Source: Atopobiaceae bacterium (GTDB lineage: Bacteria > Actinomycetota > Coriobacteriia > Coriobacteriales > Atopobiaceae). From it: a DNA stretch of 64,000 bases. The notes beneath the pieces are model-generated. The model had not been told where the DNA came from, searched no databases, and saw only the letters and a list, made by a program, of their open reading frames with translations. Below, piece after piece: positions 1 to 5,674 of this stretch. How positions within the stretch are numbered: position 1 is the first letter of the stretch; every line of letters starts with the position of its first letter. Position numbers and translations under genes: made by a program. Location of the stretch: positions 8,028 to 72,027 of the forward strand of contig JAGCBF010000345.1 of NCBI GenBank assembly GCA_017652285.1, written 5' to 3'.

Positions 1-1401
1 ATGCTCGCTGCGGTTGACGATCGAAAACGCAATGCCTTCGAGCGAGGCGTCACCCTGCGGGGTCATGCCTGTTTGGACATCGGTCTTTTGCAGCGAGAGC
101 CCGCAACGACGCACGTCTTCCTGTATGATCGGCGCCTCAAAGCCGTCGGGACTCGCGATGGCGACGGTATGGACCGGCGCCTCGTACTCCAAGCCGGAGT
201 CCTTGGTCTGGCCCTCGAGCCAGTAGCCATACGGTGCCTTTATCTCCTGAATCGTCAGGATGCCAAAAGGCAGGATTACGTTGCCGTCCTTGTCGTGGTA
301 TAGGGCGCCCCCGCTCACCAGATGATCCTCGCTGGGAAAGACGTTGCCTTGTTCGTCGCTCCTTACCACCCACGAACGCGTGGGCGCGTCCGCGACGTCC
401 ACCGCGTCCTCTTTGCCTGCATAAAAGCGGAGGAGGAACTGTGCGTTTGCAAGACTACCCGACCCTTGAGGGCCGTGATACTGAGCGTCTGTCTTTGTGG
501 CCCAAGCCGTTTGGCGTGCAAACTGTGGCGTGTCCGTGGTTTCGAGCGTGGTAAGGGTCTTGTCGACAACGTGCACGTCACGGGGCTCCGCGTCGACGAG
601 ATAGCCTTTGGGTGCCTGTTCCTCCTTGACCCAGTATGTTCCGGCGTCAAGGGCGACGCAGGGGGTTACTCCGGAGTCATCTGTTACGAGCTCGTCGGGT
701 GTTTCCACCGGATCGGTGCATGCCTGGTCCTTGTAGATTCGGTAACGGGCACCTTCGAGCGTGTATGCCTTGTTGTCTTTGGTGACGTCGGGCAACTCGG
801 ATGCCTTCTTGATTTTGACCCAGCCAAAGTAGGTTGGCTTCCACACGATGTTACCGACGCGCTGGGGTGGGTCCAGATAGGTCTTGTCTGGGTAGGGTTG
901 CGGCCCATGCTGCGCGCCCACGGTAGAGATGGTGACTTCGTATCCGCCGCTGTGCAGTGGCTCAGCCACAAAGGGATAGTTGCCTGGAGCGGGAACAAAA
1001 TGGTCGGGGTCGAGGCATTCCCCAAACACCTCGGTTCCGTCGGGCATGATGACGCCAAAGCGTTCCGTGTCGTTGTCGTAGTCGCCGACCTGCGCGATGC
1101 CGGTGATGTTTCCGCTGGCGTCGAGCTGGGCGCTTCCTCCGTTGGGAAACTGCACCACAAGTGCCGACGCTTGGCGTGGCCATGCCAAAAGAGTGACGAG
1201 CCACAGGGCTGTGAACGCGCACATGCGCCACAAGAGCGCGCGACGATCGTGACCGGCATGGCCCACGCTTGCCGGTGTGCCTCCATGTGGGGTGTCGCCC
1301 CCTTGCAAGTGGCATCGAGGCGGCTTTGACCGTGTGATTCCGTACGATCGAGGCGGGTCACCCGAGCATGTGCTGGGCGTAGATAGAACCGGTTGCTTCA
1401 T
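1..1401 (-). CDS. Secreted cell-surface protein, N-terminal 467 codons (gene runs off the window start); SpaA/Cna-B-like prealbumin-fold repeats
   Basis: The minus-strand frame is open from ATG 1401..1399 to position 1 with no stop. It is missing from the ORF track because it is open-ended. AAGGGAGG lies 6 nt upstream of the ATG. A hydrophobic signal-like segment MCAFTALWLVTLLAWPRQASA starts at codon 60. Adhesin-type repeats follow, e.g. LEGARYRIYKDQ..DDSGV..LDAGTYWVKEEQAPKGYLVD and LPFGILTIQEIKAPYGYWL. An alternative start is ATG 1224. Confidence 0.8.
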   Translation of the reverse strand, partial: MKQPVLSTPSTCSGDPPRSYGITRSKPPRCHLQGGDTPHGGTPASVGHAGHDRRALLWRMCAFTALWLVTLLAWPRQASALVVQFPNGGSAQLDASGNITGIAQVGDYDNDTERFGVIMPDGTEVFGECLDPDHFVPAPGNYPFVAEPLHSGGYEVTISTVGAQHGPQPYPDKTYLDPPQRVGNIVWKPTYFGWVKIKKASELPDVTKDNKAYTLEGARYRIYKDQACTDPVETPDELVTDDSGVTPCVALDAGTYWVKEEQAPKGYLVDAEPRDVHVVDKTLTTLETTDTPQFARQTAWATKTDAQYHGPQGSGSLANAQFLLRFYAGKEDAVDVADAPTRSWVVRSDEQGNVFPSEDHLVSGGALYHDKDGNVILPFGILTIQEIKAPYGYWLEGQTKDSGLEYEAPVHTVAIASPDGFEAPIIQEDVRRCGLSLQKTDVQTGMTPQGDASLEGIAFSIVNRSEH

Positions 1402-1456
1402 GCGGTACCTCCCTTGGTTGGGGTGAATGGGAGGGCTACCTTATTCGGGCCGTCTT

Positions 1457-1511
1457 GCAGCACTTTCGCAGCTAATGCGCATGTTTTTGGCAGCAAATGC
1501 GCAGCTGTTGC
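1457..1511. repeat. Five consecutive 11-bp units GCAGCNNNTGC-like, 56-110 bp upstream of the surface-protein start
   Basis: The plus strand reads gcagcactttc gcagctaatgc gcatgtttttg gcagcaaatgc gcagctgttgc with no gaps. The period is one helical turn. Confidence 0.7.
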
Positions 1512-1697
1512 GCGTAAGACGAGCTTTGTGCACGTAAAGACGTCCGTCTGGAAGAAGGGTACACGTGCGCGCGGCGGTGCATGCGCTCGTAGGGAAGGCG
1601 TAGTCATTGAATCTTCATATATGCTCCCCGCTGACGCTCATCGATCGCAGCGGGCAGCCCGTTCGCTTGGCCCGCACGGGCCGGGTGGCCGTTTGAG

Positions 1698-1795
1698 CCC
1701 GCCCGCCCCGGATGGCGCCGCGATGGCGCCGCGATGGCCGATTGGGCCCGCCCGCCCCGGATGGCGCTTCGATGGCGCCGCGATGGCCGATTGGG
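1698..1795. repeat. 49-bp tandem duplication (2 copies)
   Basis: Positions 1698-1746 and 1747-1795 both read cccgcccgccccggatggcgc..cgatggcgccgcgatggccgattggg and differ at 2 positions. The second copy runs into a REP hairpin. Confidence 0.85.
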
Positions 1796-1813
1796 GCTAG
1801 GCCCCTTTCGGCC
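1785..1813 (-). repeat. REP-like 29-nt hairpin element (reverse orientation)
   Basis: ggccgattggggctaggcccctttcggcc is the reverse complement of the consensus GGCCGAAAGGGGCCTAGCCCCAATCGGCC. Confidence 0.85.
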
Positions 1814-1898
1814 ATTTTTGGCCTTTTGGGGATGGCCCGACCCGCCCGGCGCGGGCACTGGTCGCCTCACCACGCCCCGGCCTGTTCCGGCGGGCCAG

Positions 1899-2246
1899 AG
1901 TTCCTTATCTGCGTACACTTGGGCGGACTGTACGCAATTACGGAACTTTACCCTCACTTTTCGCCCGCAAAGTTCCGATTCTGCGTACACTTGGGCGGAC
2001 TGTACGCAAATACGGAACTATGGGTCGGCCAGGGCGACGCGTCTTGGGAGGCCCGCAACAGAGAAGGGCGGCCAAACCTCCGAAAGCACGTACGTCCGGC
2101 GGCCATGCACGCAAAAACGGAGGTTTCTCTTTTCGTGAGGCTGGGAAACCTCCGAAAGTGCGTGCATGAGCTCGGCACCTACGCAGATTCGGACGTTTCG
2201 GCCCCCGATCGAGCGCCAAACCTCCGAGAGTGCGTACGTCCAGCGG
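1899..2246. repeat. Array of five ~50-nt imperfect palindromic units (two A-type, three B-type), mostly 72-bp phased
   Basis: A-type units are 1899-1947 and 1971-2019 (agttccNNatctgcgtac..loop..gtacgcaaNtNcggaact). B-type units are 2074-2126, 2146-2199 and the half unit 2218-2246 (aaacctccgaaaGtgcgt...cggaggttt). Start-to-start spacings are 72, 103, 72 and 72. Confidence 0.8.
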
Positions 2247-2397
2247 TCCCCGAGCATCTGGCGGGCGATGCGGAGAGCGTCGGACTGCACGATCGTGCGT
2301 AGCGCAGGCGCTCAGTCCCGGATCGAGTCCTCGGTCGACATGACCTTGGCGAACACCGTGCGATCAGATGTGCCGAGGAGGGCATCTCGGCAGCTGT

Positions 2398-2798
2398 ATT
2401 ATCCACGCATAATAACTGCGCTGTGAGCAGGCCCCGGACCAGCTCGGCGGGCGTGTGTGGCAACACCGATGGGCTCACCATGCCCCTCCTGGTCCGGTCG
2501 TGCCATTTCGGATGCGCGAAAGCGCACGTTTTTTCGAGGTTAGTGTAGTTTTTGGGTGCCGATTCCCCACGTGCGGAAAAGATGCCCCGCGTTTGCGCAG
2601 GTAGAAGGTGCCGCAAATCAGACCCCGCAAAATCAGAGACCGAAAAACTACACTAACCTCGACTTTTTGTGCGTTTTCGCGCTTCCGTTTTGGCACGCCT
2701 GTGCAGTGAGGGGCGCAGCGGCCCATCGGTACCGCCACGCCCGCCCGCTGGGCCGGTCTTCGGGCCTGCTCGTGACACAGTTATTATGTTTGGGTAAT
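2398..2798. repeat. 400-bp imperfect palindrome (arms ~155 bp, 89-nt centre)
   Basis: The inner arms are perfect. cgaggttagtgtagttttt (2535-2553) is the exact reverse complement of aaaaactacactaacctcg (2643-2661). The outer arms still align by hand, e.g. attatccacgcataataactg at 2398 against cagttattatgtttgggtaat ending at 2798. The symmetry centre is about 2598. Confidence 0.8.
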
Positions 2799-2806
2799 AC
2801 TAACAA

Positions 2807-2850
2807 CCCAATGGGACAGTGTCCCATTGGGTCCCATTAGGTCCCATAGC
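2807..2850. repeat. 25-nt palindrome overlapping three tandem 10-bp units
   Basis: cccaatgggacagtgtcccattggg (2807-2831) is self-complementary around its centre. It overlaps gtcccattgg gtcccattag gtcccatagc (2821-2850). Confidence 0.75.
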
Positions 2851-3232
2851 TCGGGATAAACTCAGAGTTGGATGATTTCGAACTTCTCATACAGCAAATC
2901 GCCTACACCTACGCGGATACCCCACCACTCGGGGCTCCACGCCTGATATGTTGCCACGCCATGTGTGGGAGAAGGTGTACTGGCGTGCCGAACGTGTAGC
3001 GGTTTCCTCCCATGGCGCAGAAGTACCTTTCGTGCACTCAGCACTTGTGTTTGTCGGCGTGCCTTTGGCATGCTCATCTCATGATCTGGAAGTGCATGGT
3101 GCGGTTAATGTACGAGAAGGTCTTTTACGCATGCATGTGCCTGAGGTAGCTCGTGAACCCACGCACCCTTGACCTCGGTAGGACTGGTCGGAACCGCGTA
3201 TCCCTTGCCAAAGTCCACCAAACATGTCCGCC

Positions 3233-3262
3233 AAAAAAAGCGGTCCCGTCTATGGAGACCGC
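3233..3262 (-). terminator. Rho-independent terminator downstream of tRNA-Gly
   Basis: The minus strand reads gcggtctcc-ata-gacgggaccgc followed by ttttttt. This gives a stem of about 8 bp including one G-U pair, then a T7 run. Confidence 0.6.
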
Positions 3263-3274
3263 CAAAGGATGCTA

Positions 3275-3349
3275 TGGAGCGGGTGACGGGATTCGAACCC
3301 GCGGATACCAGCTTGGGAAGCTGGGGCCTTACCACTTGGCGACACCCGC
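3275..3349 (-). tRNA. tRNA-Gly (anticodon CCC)
   Basis: The reverse complement is GCGGGTGTCGCCAAGTGGTAAGGCCCCAGCTTCCCAAGCTGGTATCCGCGGGTTCGAATCCCGTCACCCGCTCCA. Acceptor GCGGGTG pairs with CACCCGC. The anticodon stem CCAGC/GCTGG carries loop TTCCCAA. The T-loop is TTCGAAT and CCA is encoded. Confidence 0.93.
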
Positions 3350-3359
3350 ATAGCAGTGA

Positions 3360-3368
3360 ATCATACCA
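3360..3368 (-). promoter_or_regulatory. Candidate extended -10 promoter for tRNA-Gly
   Basis: The minus strand has TGgTATGAT ending about 10 nt before the tRNA 5' end. No clear -35 element is present. Confidence 0.35.
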
Positions 3369-3525
3369 CAGCTACGCAAAGACCCTTGCTGGAAAATCGC
3401 GATTGTTGCCATGCGCACACGATAAACCCAAATAAGCTCCCCCACCGAAGCTCATAGTCGCAGCTGTCGGACAGCGCTTCCCCGTGGGCCGTTCGTGCCC
3501 TGTCGCAGGCTTGCGGCAGGCAGTG

Positions 3526-3888
3526 ACACCTCCCAGCTTGCGTGCATTGCCGCCGGAAGCACGCGCTTTAGGAAGTTTCCCAACAAGGTGCTGCTCGGGA
3601 CGAGGGCGAAACCTCCGAATGTGCGCGGATGCCGCGCCTATGTGCGCAATTTCGGAGGTTTCCCTATGTCCATCGGCGGGAAACCTCCTGTTTTGCGTGT
3701 GTGAGGGCCGGACGCACGTAGGCTGGAAGGTTTTGCCTGGGCGCCGGCTCGCGCCCTGGCAGCCCACAGTTCCGGAAATGCGTGCAGTTTGTACAAGTGT
3801 ACGCAAATAAGGAACTTTGCTGCCGAAACGCGCGGTTATAGTTCCGGAATTGCGTACAGTCGGCCCAACTGTACGCAGATGAGGAACT
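3526..3888. repeat. Array of five palindromic units in mirrored order and orientation relative to 1899-2246 (three B-type, two A-type)
   Basis: B-type units are about 3526-3580, 3608-3662 and 3680-3734. A-type units are 3768-3816 and 3840-3888. The reverse complement of 3840-3888 matches 1899-1947 at 45 of 49 positions by hand alignment. Confidence 0.8.
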
Positions 3889-3974
3889 TTGGGCGCACAG
3901 GAGCGGTCGTGGTGTGGTGGCGGCTTCCGGCGCCCGGCCCGGACGGGTCGGGACGGGCCGAAACGGGCGAAAGT

Positions 3975-4069
3975 GGCCGAAAGGGGCCTAGCCCAAAGTG
4001 GCCGAAAGGGGCCTAGCCCCAATCGGCCATTGCCCAAAGTGGCCGAAAGGGACCTAGCCCCAATCGGCC
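3975..4069 (+). repeat. Three tandem REP-like hairpins (one truncated)
   Basis: 3975-3994 is a truncated copy. 4000-4028 is an exact consensus copy. 4041-4069 has one mismatch. Each is preceded by aaagt. Confidence 0.85.
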
Positions 4070-4341
4070 ATTTTGCGGCAGGGTGGCGGCGGGCGTGGGT
4101 GGCCGAAGGGGGGTCTGGCGCAGGCGGCCAACCAGCCCCGACCGGCGATATGGGCGAACCGTGGCGGGCCGCGACGATGGTGCTTGCGGCTTACACGTCG
4201 GTGGGGATCAAAACCCCAATACAGCTCCTTTGTTCTCGTTTTAGCCGTTAGATTCGCCCATGAAGTACATAATGGGTTCTGATGCGGGTACATATTCCTA
4301 TGCGCACGTGGAACTGCGAAGAAAGCGAAGAAAGGAAGCAC

Positions 4342-5613
4342 ATGACAAACGCGGAGGTTACGGCATCCCTTGCGGGGCTGTCGAAGGCCATACGAAGATA
4401 TGCCAAGCTCGTGGTACGCAAAGGTGCCGCGATACAGCCTGGCCAGGAGTTGGTGATCCAGACGCCTGTTGAGCGCGCGGACTTTGCGCGCGTGCTGGCC
4501 GACGAGGCATATGCGGCCGGGGCAGGTCACGTAACGGTGCTGTGGTCTGACGAAGAGATCACGCGCATGGAGTATGCCAACATGGCTGTTGACTACTTTT
4601 CCACCGTGCCAGCGTGGAAGCGCGAGCAAATGAACTCCCTCGCTACAGGCGGTGCGGCGTTCCTGTTTGTGGACGGTGCCGATCCGCAGGCTCTGCGCGG
4701 CATCGACCCCAAAAAGGTCGAGACGCGGTCTAGGGCCATGAGAGAACAATGCGACGTGTATCGCAAAGGGCTGGACTTTGGCAAAAACGTGTGGTGCATC
4801 GCCGGTGCGCCGGTGACGGCTTGGGCGCGCACGGTGTTTCCCGACCTGTCGCAGGACGAGGCCATGCTACGCTTGTGGGAGGCAATACTTATGGCGGCCC
4901 GTGCGGATGGGCCCGACCCGCAATCGGAGTGGGAGCGTCATAACGCCACGTTTGAGAAGAACAAGCGCCTGCTCAACCAATACGCGTTTGACCGGCTGGT
5001 ATACAAGTCCGCCAATGGAACCGACTTTGAGCTGGGACTCAACCAAGGGCACGTTTGGGCTGGTGGTGCTGCGCGCACGGTGGATGGTACGGTGTTCTTT
5101 CCCAACATGCCAACGGAAGAGGTGTTTACGTCTCCCGATTGTCTGCGCGCAAACGGCGTGGTGCATTCCGTTATGCCCCTTGTCCATGGGGGACAGATCG
5201 TACGCGACTTTTGGTTTAGATTCGAAGACGGCCGCGTGGTGGACTATGGCGCAAAAGAAGGCCGCGACGTGCTCAAGAGTATTTTGGAGGTGGACGACAA
5301 CGCCTGCATGCTGGGCGAATGCGCGCTCATTTCCAAGGACACGCCCATTCGTCAGAGCGGCCTTCTCTTTTACGACACGCTGTACGACGAAAACGCAAGC
5401 TGCCACCTTGCCTTGGGCATGGGCTTCCCCGAGTGTTTGGAAGGCGGCCTGGACATGAGCCGGGACGAGCTCGTTGCCCATGGCGTCAATCAAAGCCTTA
5501 CGCATGTCGACTTTATGATTGGTGCGGACGACCTGTGCATTACGGGGATCACCAAGTCCGGAGAAGAGGTCGAGGTGTTTGTGGACGGCCGCTGGGCTTG
5601 GAGCGTAGCGTAA
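4342..5613 (+). CDS. M29-family (AmpS/PepS-type) aminopeptidase
   Basis: The track ORF is 4282..5613. I prefer ATG 4342, which has GAAAGGAAG upstream. The N-terminus RRYAKLVVRKGAAIQPGQELVIQTPVERADFARVLADEAYAAGAGHVTVLWSDEE and the ~420-aa length fit the thermophilic-metalloprotease aminopeptidase family. Confidence 0.85.
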   Translation: MTNAEVTASLAGLSKAIRRYAKLVVRKGAAIQPGQELVIQTPVERADFARVLADEAYAAGAGHVTVLWSDEEITRMEYANMAVDYFSTVPAWKREQMNSLATGGAAFLFVDGADPQALRGIDPKKVETRSRAMREQCDVYRKGLDFGKNVWCIAGAPVTAWARTVFPDLSQDEAMLRLWEAILMAARADGPDPQSEWERHNATFEKNKRLLNQYAFDRLVYKSANGTDFELGLNQGHVWAGGAARTVDGTVFFPNMPTEEVFTSPDCLRANGVVHSVMPLVHGGQIVRDFWFRFEDGRVVDYGAKEGRDVLKSILEVDDNACMLGECALISKDTPIRQSGLLFYDTLYDENASCHLALGMGFPECLEGGLDMSRDELVAHGVNQSLTHVDFMIGADDLCITGITKSGEEVEVFVDGRWAWSVA

Positions 5614-5626
5614 GGCGTCAAGAGCT

Positions 5627-5667
5627 GGCGTGACGAAGGATATGTTGCATCGGCCCTTCGTCACGCC
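5627..5667. terminator. Bidirectional hairpin between convergent genes
   Basis: ggcgtgacgaagg (5627-5639) pairs perfectly with ccttcgtcacgcc (5655-5667), giving a 13-bp stem. There is no strong T-run. Confidence 0.55.
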
Positions 5668-5674
5668 ACGTCTT

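Noticed and set aside
322-1329. 335-aa plus-strand ORF and 225-aa minus-strand ORF (684..1361) in the first 1.4 kb
   Set aside because: A third frame on the minus strand is open across the whole interval. It has a strong SD and clear adhesin repeat signatures. The listed ORFs are out-of-frame shadows of it.
2862-3172. Integrase or other mobile-element gene next to the 3' end of tRNA-Gly (ORFs 2862..3077 minus, 2948..3172 plus, 3105..3335 minus)
   Set aside because: None of the three frames shows tyrosine- or serine-recombinase or other recognisable motifs. One ORF overlaps the tRNA itself. No direct repeat of the tRNA 3' end was seen. The tail ...WSPEWWGIRVGVGDLLYEKFEIIQL could be a gene remnant, but I cannot support that.
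3889-4251. ORFs translating to ...AERGLAPIGH... here, and at 1615..1815, 25955..26176, 38518..38775, 47762..48187 and 50633..51481
   Set aside because: The shared peptide is just the translation of the 29-nt REP hairpin in one frame. The ORFs have no starts with an SD and no other coding features.
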